64,000 nt of DNA from Fidelibacterota bacterium. Lineage in GTDB: Bacteria > Fidelibacterota > Marinisomatia > Marinisomatales > Marinisomataceae. The DNA is taken from the NCBI GenBank assembly GCA_045560235.1, contig JBJKZP010000008.1:76148-140147 (forward strand). Reading direction: 5' to 3'. Positions 49,112 to 57,079 of the stretch are shown here, piece after piece (position 1 is the first letter of the stretch; every line of letters begins with the position of its first letter). The position numbers were made by a program, and so were the translations under genes. Under the pieces are notes generated by a model. It did not search any database, was not told where the DNA came from, and saw nothing but the letters and a program-made list of their open reading frames with translations.

Positions 49112-50317
49112 ATGAAAACAAAATTTAAGAACATAATTTTAAGCACTATTTTTTTAATGGCAACAATGATTTTTGCTGAAGGATTAAACAAAAAAGTGTA
49201 TGTCATTCCTATTCAGGATGTAATTGATTTAGGTATCCCGGGCCTTGTTAGCAGAGGAATTGATTTAGCTGAAGCCAATAATGCAAGATTAATTATTTTT
49301 GATATAGATACTTTTGGTGGGCGCGTAGACGCAGCTACTCAAATTAAGGACTCAATAGCTTCAACAAATATTGAAACTATTGCATTTATTAATAGAAGAG
49401 CTATTTCTGCTGGATCATTAATTTCTCTTTCTTGTGATAAAATATATATGACAGATGGGGCGACAATTGGCGCCACGAGTGTTGTTGATATGTCTGGCTC
49501 TAAACAGTCTGAAAAATCTCAGAGCTATATGAGAGAAGAAATGGCAGCAACTGCTGAAAAATCAGGTAAAAATCCTGAAATAGCGAGAGGTATGGTTGAT
49601 GAAGAACTGAGTTTTGAATATCTCATTGTTGAAGGAGACACATTAACAGTTGACGATATTGAAGGAAGAAAAGAAGGAAAGCTTATTACTCTTACTACTG
49701 AATTAGCGTTGAAATACGGTATAGCGGATGGTAAAAGTGAAAGTATTGATGAGCTTCTTTCCTATCTTGAAATAACTGAATATGAAATTGAAACAGTAAA
49801 TGAAAATTGGTCTGAGAATGTTGTCCGCATATTGACAAATCCAACTGTATCATCATTGCTTACTACATTTGGAACTATAGGAGTAATATCTGAATTATAT
49901 AGCGCAGGTTGGGGCATAGGAGGAACAATTGGTATTATATGTCTGACCCTAGCCCTGGGAGCTGGATATTTAACTCAATTGGCATCAGCAACGGACCTAT
50001 TGATTATATTATTTGGCTTAGCAATGTTATTTATTGAGTTTGTTGCTATTCCTGGTTTTGGAATATTTGGAATTACAGGCATTCTTGTATTATTTTATGG
50101 ATTATATTTACTACTAATTCCTGATATTCCTGTTGGACCAGAAGTATATTCAGAAGCTTTAGATGGTTTTTCATGGGCTATAGTTGTTGGAATTTTTGGA
50201 ATAATATTTTTGTTGAGAATAATTGGTAAATCTGTTTTTTTTCAAAAGCTGATAAACACTGATTCAAATAAAACCACATTAAAAAAGAATTATAAAAATA
50301 GAAGTAAAGTTGAGTAG
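49112..50317 (+). CDS. NfeD-family membrane-bound ClpP-class serine protease
   Basis: 401 aa. Signal, ClpP-like domain (DIDTFGGRVDAATQI, AISAGSLISL), then a multi-TM C-half. Upstream of floA. Confidence 0.8.
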   Translation: MKTKFKNIILSTIFLMATMIFAEGLNKKVYVIPIQDVIDLGIPGLVSRGIDLAEANNARLIIFDIDTFGGRVDAATQIKDSIASTNIETIAFINRRAISAGSLISLSCDKIYMTDGATIGATSVVDMSGSKQSEKSQSYMREEMAATAEKSGKNPEIARGMVDEELSFEYLIVEGDTLTVDDIEGRKEGKLITLTTELALKYGIADGKSESIDELLSYLEITEYEIETVNENWSENVVRILTNPTVSSLLTTFGTIGVISELYSAGWGIGGTIGIICLTLALGAGYLTQLASATDLLIILFGLAMLFIEFVAIPGFGIFGITGILVLFYGLYLLLIPDIPVGPEVYSEALDGFSWAIVVGIFGIIFLLRIIGKSVFFQKLINTDSNKTTLKKNYKNRSKVE

Positions 50318-50377
50318 TTATAATTATTTATCAACGATAGGCTTAAATTTGAATATATATAACATAAAGGAGGAGTA

Positions 50378-51349
50378 ATGGGACTATATGTTGCCATACC
50401 ATTAATATTATTTATTTTACTACTACTATGGGTTGTGCCAGTTGGGTTATGGTTACAAGCTATTTTTAGTATAGGAGGAGGGCATGTTACGATTTTTAAT
50501 CTTGTTGGTATGAGATTTAGAAGAGTTCCTCCTGGAGTTATTGTTAGCGGTTTAATTGCTGCAAAAAAAGCGGGATTAGAGCAAGTTAATGGCGATGATT
50601 TAGAGGTCCATTACATGGCCGGTGGTAATGTAGATAAAGTTGTTGATGCATTAATTGCTGCATCAAAGGCGGGAATCGAATTGACATTTTCCATTGCCAC
50701 CGCAATTGACTTAGCAGGAAGAGATGTTCTTTCAGCTGTACAGACTAGTGTTTATCCAAAAGTTATTGATGCGCCTGTAGATGGAAAATTATCTGCTGTA
50801 GCTAAAGATGGTATTGAAGTAAGAGCAAGAGCAAGAGTGACAGTAAGAACTGATATCCCAAATTTAGTTGGTGGGGCTACCGAAGATACAATTATTGCAA
50901 GAGTTGGTGAAGGAATTGTAAGTGCGATTGGTTCAAGAGAGACTTATGAAGCAGTACTTGAAAATCCTGATTCAATCTCAAGAACAGTATTAGAAAAAGG
51001 ATTAAACAGTGGAACTGCTTTCGAAATTTTATCAATTGATATTGCCGATATAGACGTCGGTAAAAATATTGGTGCTCAACTTCAGGCAGATCAAGCTGAA
51101 GCAGACCTAAGAGTCGCACAGGCAAAAGCCGAAACTAGAAGGGCTATGGCAGTTGCGCTTGAACAAGAAATGAAAGCAAAAGTTGTAGAAGCTGAGTCTG
51201 AAGTACCTCTTGCGATGGCTGAAGCCTTTAAACAAGGTAATTTAGGAGTGTTGGATTATTACAAATTAGATAATATTGCATCCGACACTAGCATGAGACA
51301 GTCTATTGCAGGTGTTTCTGATGAAAAAAAAGATGAATCTGAGAGTTAA
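50378..51349 (+). CDS. floA: Flotillin-like protein FloA (SPFH/UPF0365, YqfA type)
   Basis: 323 aa. N-terminal TM helix, RRVPP..IV......K.AG, A/E-rich coiled segment ([20 protein letters not shown]), [27 protein letters not shown]. Confidence 0.85.
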   Translation: MGLYVAIPLILFILLLLWVVPVGLWLQAIFSIGGGHVTIFNLVGMRFRRVPPGVIVSGLIAAKKAGLEQVNGDDLEVHYMAGGNVDKVVDALIAASKAGIELTFSIATAIDLAGRDVLSAVQTSVYPKVIDAPVDGKLSAVAKDGIEVRARARVTVRTDIPNLVGGATEDTIIARVGEGIVSAIGSRETYEAVLENPDSISRTVLEKGLNSGTAFEILSIDIADIDVGKNIGAQLQADQAEADLRVAQAKAETRRAMAVALEQEMKAKVVEAESEVPLAMAEAFKQGNLGVLDYYKLDNIASDTSMRQSIAGVSDEKKDESES

Positions 51350-51352
51350 TCA

Positions 51353-51838
51353 TTGGAAGAATTAATATATTGGGGGGCAATATTTCTTTTCTATATTTTT
51401 TCTGCTTATAGAAGTAGGCAAAAAAAAGAAAATAGTAAAGAAGTAATTGCTCCTAAGCCATTACCTAACCAGGAAAATAAATCACAGAAATCAGATTTCA
51501 ATATATTCGAGTTTCTAGATGGCGCAATGGAAAAATCTGCAATTGAACTAGAAGAATTGCCTAAAGCAGTTAAAAGTGAGATAAATACATCTAGAGCCAC
51601 AAATTCTTTCAAACAAGATAATTATAGTAATATAAACGATACCAAAACAAGGAATGAATACGATATTAAGGAAAAACATTTATCTCATCTTAAAACAAAA
51701 CTCAATATTGGTGATAAGAAAAATGTATCATCATCAAAAAAGCTTTTAACAATCCAGAAAAAACTTAAAAATCAACCTACAAAGCTAGCCATAGTAATGC
51801 AGGCAATTTTTGATCCACCAAAATCACAGGGAATTTGA
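51353..51838 (+). CDS. Hypothetical single-TM, K/N/S-rich low-complexity protein
   Basis: 161 aa, TTG start 3 nt after the floA stop. TM helix LIYWGAIFLFYIFSAY, then a likely disordered region. I recognise no family. Confidence 0.45.
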   Translation: MEELIYWGAIFLFYIFSAYRSRQKKENSKEVIAPKPLPNQENKSQKSDFNIFEFLDGAMEKSAIELEELPKAVKSEINTSRATNSFKQDNYSNINDTKTRNEYDIKEKHLSHLKTKLNIGDKKNVSSSKKLLTIQKKLKNQPTKLAIVMQAIFDPPKSQGI

Positions 51839-51839
51839 A

Positions 51840-52391
51840 ATGAAGCTATTAATTATGGGACCGCCAGGCGCCGGTAAAGGAACTCAAGCAAAAATTTTAT
51901 CTAAAAAGTTTAATTTAGTTCACCTTTCTACGGGAGATATTTTACGCTCTGAAATTGATAAAAAATCTGCTACAGGGTTGGAAGCTCAATCGTATATGAA
52001 TGCAGGCAATTTGGTTCCAGATAAAGTGCTTTTAGCAATGATGGGAATAACCTTAGAAAATTTGAAAGATAAAGGATTGATTTTAGACGGTTTTCCTAGA
52101 ACTATTCCTCAAGCGGAAGGCTTATCAACAATTTTTGAATCTTTAAATCAGAAAATTAATCATGTAATCAATATTTATGTGAATAAAGACGTATTAATTA
52201 ATCGTTTAGTAGAAAGAGCTGAAAAATCTGGTAGAGCAGACGATACTAAAGAAGTAATTGTTAATCGTCAAAAAGTATACCATAAATTAACGGCCCCGTT
52301 GACCGAGTTTTACGATAATGAAATTATCAATATTGATGGCGATGGATCCATTGAAGAAGTCACATCAAGAATTTTCAATATAATTAAATAA
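51840..52391 (+). CDS. adk: Adenylate kinase (short-lid form)
   Basis: ORF 51810.. trimmed to ATG 51840, 1 nt after the upstream stop. MKLLIMGPPGAGKGTQA, STGDILR, LDGFPRT. No Cys4 lid. Confidence 0.93.
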   Translation: MKLLIMGPPGAGKGTQAKILSKKFNLVHLSTGDILRSEIDKKSATGLEAQSYMNAGNLVPDKVLLAMMGITLENLKDKGLILDGFPRTIPQAEGLSTIFESLNQKINHVINIYVNKDVLINRLVERAEKSGRADDTKEVIVNRQKVYHKLTAPLTEFYDNEIINIDGDGSIEEVTSRIFNIIK

Positions 52392-52982
52392 ATGATTGTT
52401 TTAGGTGTTACTGGCGGTCTTGCATCAGGGAAAAGCACTGTATCAGAATATCTAAAAGAAAAATATAAGGCTTATATCTTTGACGCAGACATAGAAGCAA
52501 AAAAATTGCTCCATACTGAAGAAGTTGAAAAACAAATATTAGAAATATTTCCTGAAATAAAATCATTGGAAAATAACACCTTATCTCGCATTGCATTTAA
52601 AACCAAAAAATCTCAACAAAAGTTAAATAGCATTATACACCCACATGTAGAGAGAGAAATTGAATGCAGAATTCTTGAAAAACAAAGCAGCCACCCATTT
52701 TTTATTATTGATGCAGCTTTGATTATAGAATCTGGATCAGTAAGTACTCTTAAAAATAAAGGTATGACTTTATTAGTTGTTGTAGCGGATGAAAGCTTAA
52801 GAATAGAAAGAGCTAAATTGCGCGGGAATTTACTAGTAGAAACTATACTAGAGAGAATAAGGTTGCAACTCCTAGATTCTGAAAAATTAAAACATGCAGA
52901 TTTTGTAATTGAAAATAATTCAACAAAAGCTGTATTATTTAAAAAAGTTGATAAAATAATTACTAAGATTATTAATGAATAA
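52392..52982 (+). CDS. coaE: Dephospho-CoA kinase
   Basis: 196 aa. VLGVTGGLASGKSTV, FDAD, IHPHV. Confidence 0.88.
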   Translation: MIVLGVTGGLASGKSTVSEYLKEKYKAYIFDADIEAKKLLHTEEVEKQILEIFPEIKSLENNTLSRIAFKTKKSQQKLNSIIHPHVEREIECRILEKQSSHPFFIIDAALIIESGSVSTLKNKGMTLLVVVADESLRIERAKLRGNLLVETILERIRLQLLDSEKLKHADFVIENNSTKAVLFKKVDKIITKIINE

Positions 52983-53937
52983 AGTATATCAAATATTGAT
53001 TCTGTTAATTTTTGTCAGTTGTTCTTCTGACAGTGGTTCTGAAGATATTTTAAGTGATAATAATGGAAATGAGGGCGGCGGCGGTTTTACAGGAGGCGGC
53101 AACCAAACAATACCTGAATTAACTGTAGAATTAATTTCTACTTACAATGATCAAACAGCTTCGTTTGCAACGCCATATGGTAGTTTTACAAGAAACTTCA
53201 TTGTACATACGCCTCCAAATTTTGATTATCAAACTGAATCACTTCCATTGCTATTTGTTTTGCATGGATATACTGGTAGGGCACCATCAATAAGAGATTA
53301 TTCAGGATTTGATCAAATTGCAGACCAAGAAAGATTCATAGTTGTTTATGTTCAAGGGACTACAGATCAGTTTGGCAATACAGGATGGAATGTGGATGTT
53401 GTAGCAAGTTTTCTTGGAGTAGATGATGTAGGATTTTTTAAAGCATTAATTAAATATTTTAAAGCTAGTTACAGTATAGATAGTAACAAGATTTTTTCTT
53501 CCGGAATGTCACTTGGAGGTTTTATGAGTTATAGATTAGCTTGTGAGCTAGATGAAATTAATAGTATTGGGTCTGTTACAGGATCAATGGCTGGATATTA
53601 CCAATGTAACCCTCCTAAAAAATCAGGGATTATTCATTTTCATGGAATGAATGATTCTGTTGTTCCATATAATGGCGTTGAATGGAGTTATTCAGCTAGA
53701 GCAGCACATGATTTTTGGAAAAATCATAATCAATGCAATTCACAAAATGAAATAACGATACCAGATTTTAATGGCGACGGCGAGTATACCACGCGCTTAA
53801 TTTCATATGATTGCGAAGAAAATAAAAGCGTTGAACTTTATTCACTTGAGGGGGAAGGTCATGCTTGGTGGAAAAAATCATGGGGACATGACATAAATAC
53901 CTCAGAATTAATTTGGCAGTTTTTCCAAAATCAATAA
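52975..53937 (+). CDS. Lipoprotein esterase of the PHB-depolymerase/LpqC alpha/beta-hydrolase family
   Basis: 320 aa. Lipobox LLIFVSCSS, Gly-rich linker, LHGYTG, nucleophile elbow GMSLGG, HFHGMNDS.VPY, GEGHAW. Confidence 0.7.
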   Translation: MNKVYQILILLIFVSCSSDSGSEDILSDNNGNEGGGGFTGGGNQTIPELTVELISTYNDQTASFATPYGSFTRNFIVHTPPNFDYQTESLPLLFVLHGYTGRAPSIRDYSGFDQIADQERFIVVYVQGTTDQFGNTGWNVDVVASFLGVDDVGFFKALIKYFKASYSIDSNKIFSSGMSLGGFMSYRLACELDEINSIGSVTGSMAGYYQCNPPKKSGIIHFHGMNDSVVPYNGVEWSYSARAAHDFWKNHNQCNSQNEITIPDFNGDGEYTTRLISYDCEENKSVELYSLEGEGHAWWKKSWGHDINTSELIWQFFQNQ

Positions 53938-54521
53938 TGATTATCAAAAGTCATATTTCTTTTTTATCAAAATCAGATAATATTTTAAAAAAAGTAATTA
54001 AAGAAAATAAAATACCTCAAATATCTGAATCTGAAGATTATGTACTTGATTTATATAAGTATATAATTTTTCAGCAGATATCAACTAAAGCTGGGAATAG
54101 TATTTTTAATCGTTTTCTAAAATATTATCAAAAAAATAAAGAAAATATTACAGTATGGAATGAGGAAGATTGTAAAAATATTGGTTTATCACATCAGAAG
54201 AAAAAATATATTGAAAATATATTTAGTAATAGAAGTGAAATATATGGTTTAAAAAAAAGTAATGATATAAATGAAATTCGTGAAAAGCTTATTCAGATCA
54301 AAGGAGTTGGAAACTGGACTATTGATATGTTTTTAATTTTTTCTAAAGGCAATCTCGATATATTTCCAGAAGGAGATTTGGCATTAGTCAATGTTATTAA
54401 AGATTTATATAACGTTGAATCAATGGATAAAATCAGAGAAATAGCTAGTAAGTGGACACCATTCAAAACCATAGCTACTTTATATCTTTGGGAATCTCTA
54501 GATGATGATTTTCCAAATTAA
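53937..54521 (+). CDS. HhH-GPD DNA glycosylase (3-methyladenine glycosylase II/AlkA-like, short form)
   Basis: ORF 53913.. trimmed to ATG 53937 (TAATG with the esterase stop). IIFQQIS.KAG, HhH IKGVGNWTIDMFLIF, catalytic-Asp region FPEGDLAL. Confidence 0.75.
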   Translation: MIIKSHISFLSKSDNILKKVIKENKIPQISESEDYVLDLYKYIIFQQISTKAGNSIFNRFLKYYQKNKENITVWNEEDCKNIGLSHQKKKYIENIFSNRSEIYGLKKSNDINEIREKLIQIKGVGNWTIDMFLIFSKGNLDIFPEGDLALVNVIKDLYNVESMDKIREIASKWTPFKTIATLYLWESLDDDFPN

Positions 54522-55402
54522 AATAGTTCGTTTGTAAGACAATGTATTGATCCACCGCTTAAATTAAATTGAGAAGCAGGTGTAGTGTCCAAGATTATAT
54601 CATTTACAGAAGTGAAGTCTATTATTTTTTTGTCTTTTAGAGTTGCACTTCCAATCATGAGGCCGGGTAGCGACAAGCTATTCATAGATGTTCTAAATTG
54701 AATTGATTCATTTTTGTCGTAGTGTTCGACCTCAATTATATCCCAGTTATTTTGATTACATATAGTAGAGAAGTTTAAAAATTGTTTATGATTAAAGACT
54801 TCTTTTGCACAAATAATTCCGATACAATCATAATTACTATTAAAAATTGGAGCGATAGAAGTGTCAAGGTGATACCCGCCCGATGGAATAATGTACAAAT
54901 TAGATACTTTCAGTTTTTCTGCCATTTGTTCAGCGCCATTTAGGTTATTTCTACACTGCCCAGCTAGCAATATATTTTCTTTTGGTAAATAAAAAAATTC
55001 ACCACCTTCTGCAATGCAGTCATTATTTAGAAATGAGATGTTATATCCCGCACTCTCTAGATTTGAAATAACAAACTCGCCTTCATTCATTCTTTCTGAA
55101 AGTTTCATATTGCACATCACAATATCTTTATTCGTATTACAAAGAAAATGATCTCTCATAAATACAAAGTCATACTTTCCATGTGTTTCTAACTCTTTTT
55201 TAAATGGGATATTCATAATTTCGAGCGAATATTTATTCAAAATTTTTATCAAGCTTAGATGTTCTTCTTTAAGCAAGGATTGATTGGGATATGATCCATT
55301 GCTCATCATATCATTATCTTCATATGCTGTAATACCATTGGGCCACCAACCAGATTGTGGAAGAGAGCTAATGGCTATTTTGGATTTTAATGAGTTAATC
55401 AT
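54518..55402 (-). CDS. Guanidino-group-modifying-enzyme superfamily protein (amidinotransferase/deiminase fold), substrate unknown
   Basis: 294 aa. FVFMRDHF (Asp), AEGGEFFYL, GGYHLDTSIAPI (His), C-terminal SGGSIHCLTNE (nucleophile Cys). Confidence 0.6.
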   Translation of the reverse strand: MINSLKSKIAISSLPQSGWWPNGITAYEDNDMMSNGSYPNQSLLKEEHLSLIKILNKYSLEIMNIPFKKELETHGKYDFVFMRDHFLCNTNKDIVMCNMKLSERMNEGEFVISNLESAGYNISFLNNDCIAEGGEFFYLPKENILLAGQCRNNLNGAEQMAEKLKVSNLYIIPSGGYHLDTSIAPIFNSNYDCIGIICAKEVFNHKQFLNFSTICNQNNWDIIEVEHYDKNESIQFRTSMNSLSLPGLMIGSATLKDKKIIDFTSVNDIILDTTPASQFNLSGGSIHCLTNELF

Positions 55403-55453
55403 ATTCGAAAACTTACAATTTTAAAATTAACATTATAAGATTAAATTATAACA

Positions 55454-56176
55454 GTGAATAAAAATATTTTAACTGTAAAAGACTTAAATAAATATTTACC
55501 TGCTATTAAAACTGAGGTAGATATTCATTTTAAAGATAAGTTATCTGAGGGGCTATTTAAATCAGATGCTTTAGTAGGGCTTAAAAAGTTACCTAACGAA
55601 TCAATTGACTTAATAGTAACCGAACCATCATTAGACCCTAATAATACATTAACTTACACAGAATATGTCAATTGGATCGATCAATGGATGGAAGAATGTA
55701 AGCGAGTGTTAACAGCCAGTGGTTCAATTTATATTATTTGTCCATGGGAATCCTCTTCACTTTATCATTCTGTTTTGGGCAAGAAATTTATTGTACAATC
55801 TAGAATTACTACTGAGAGACAAATTGAAAATATAGAACTTTCACAATGGAAAAACAAAATTTCTGATATTTGGTTTGGAACCAAAACAAATGATTATATT
55901 TTTAACCAAAATTATATAGTAAATGGTAAAAATATAAATAATCCAAAGCCAGATGATATTAAAGACAATTTATGGTTTCATTTAGATTATGAAGAAATTA
56001 TTCATAGAATTATTAAAGCTAGCAGTTTCAAGTTGAATTGGATTTTAGATCCTTTTATGAATGTAGGAGCAGTAGGGGTAGTTGCAAAAAAAAGAGGAAG
56101 AAGGTTTATTGGTTTTGAATCAAATCAAGACCAGATATTATTAGCTATGAAAACAATTAATGAAAGAGAAAATTAA
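55454..56176 (+). CDS. DNA amino-methyltransferase-like protein (PF01555-type architecture) with degenerate motifs IV and I
   Basis: 240 aa, GTG start. GLKKLPNESIDLIVT-EPSL (expected DPPY), RVLTASGSIYII, ILDPFMNVGAVGVVAKKRGRRFIGFE (expected DPFxGSGTT). I verified both motifs directly in the DNA. Confidence 0.65.
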   Translation: MNKNILTVKDLNKYLPAIKTEVDIHFKDKLSEGLFKSDALVGLKKLPNESIDLIVTEPSLDPNNTLTYTEYVNWIDQWMEECKRVLTASGSIYIICPWESSSLYHSVLGKKFIVQSRITTERQIENIELSQWKNKISDIWFGTKTNDYIFNQNYIVNGKNINNPKPDDIKDNLWFHLDYEEIIHRIIKASSFKLNWILDPFMNVGAVGVVAKKRGRRFIGFESNQDQILLAMKTINEREN

Positions 56177-56613
56177 TGCTAAAAAAATTAGAACATGACA
56201 TGATGCAAGCTCTTAAAAATAAAGAAAAAGAAAAAGCAGGAACATTAAGGCTCATTTTATCAAAATGTAAAAATAAGGCCATTGAATTGAGAAAAGAATT
56301 ATCTGATCAGGAAATAATCAAAGTGCTTCAAACTGTAGCAAAACAGCATAAGGAATCCATTAAGCTTTACAAAGAAGGAAAACGTGATGATTTAGTAGAA
56401 GCTGAGATGCGTGAATTAGGATTTGTAGAAGTTTATCTTCCATCAATGATGAGCAATGAAGACCTAAGAACTTTAATATCTTCTGTTGTAGTAGAAGTTG
56501 GTGCTTCCAGTATGGCAGATTTTGGCAAAGTAATGCCTAATGTGATGAAGCAGGGAGCTGGAAAGATTGATGGCAATACGGCCCAAGCTATTGTCAAAGA
56601 ACTATTATCATAA
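56176..56613 (+). CDS. yqeY: GatB/YqeY-domain protein
   Basis: 145 aa. L..DM..A.K.KEK......RL.......A.E........E...VL....KQ.KES...Y....R.DL...E..E. This is the typical YqeY pattern. TAATG overlap with the upstream gene. Confidence 0.85.
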   Translation: MLKKLEHDMMQALKNKEKEKAGTLRLILSKCKNKAIELRKELSDQEIIKVLQTVAKQHKESIKLYKEGKRDDLVEAEMRELGFVEVYLPSMMSNEDLRTLISSVVVEVGASSMADFGKVMPNVMKQGAGKIDGNTAQAIVKELLS

Positions 56614-56614
56614 T

Positions 56615-57079
56615 ATGATTATAGACTTACTTTTTTTGATGATTATTTTAATCATGGGTGTGTTTGGTATAAAAAAAGGTTTTGTGGAATCTTTTACAGA
56701 TTTTTTAAACCTAGCTGTAGGTATTTCATTGGCTCTTCTTTTTTATGTTGATTTATCTTTTTTTATATCAAAGTATATATCAATCAATGCAACCATTATA
56801 ATAATTTTTTCTCTTGCAATCATATTTTTAATATCCATAATAGTATTAAGGTTGTTAACAAGCTTGCTATTGTTTTTGCTAGATGGTAGTGTCTCATCAT
56901 ATACAAATCTTAACAAGATTTTAGGATTTATGCTTGGGGGACTGAAAGGCATTATTGCTCTAATATTATTTGCCGGTATTTTTGAAAAATATATTTCTGG
57001 TAACGTTTATCAAATTTTATATGAGCAATCAAAGATTCTTGTTTTACTCGAACCTTTCAAAGATTATATTTTTAAATAA
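56615..57079 (+). CDS. cvpA: CvpA-family membrane protein
   Basis: ORF 56567.. trimmed to ATG 56615. MIIDLLFLMIILIMGVFGIKKGF start, four TM helices. Confidence 0.8.
   Translation: MIIDLLFLMIILIMGVFGIKKGFVESFTDFLNLAVGISLALLFYVDLSFFISKYISINATIIIIFSLAIIFLISIIVLRLLTSLLLFLLDGSVSSYTNLNKILGFMLGGLKGIIALILFAGIFEKYISGNVYQILYEQSKILVLLEPFKDYIFK

Noticed and set aside
55454-56176. Restriction-modification system or orphan Dam/CcrM-like methyltransferase
   Set aside because: No endonuclease or specificity gene is adjacent. The catalytic DPPY and the SAM-binding glycine loop are not intact, so an active R-M or epigenetic methyltransferase call is not supported.
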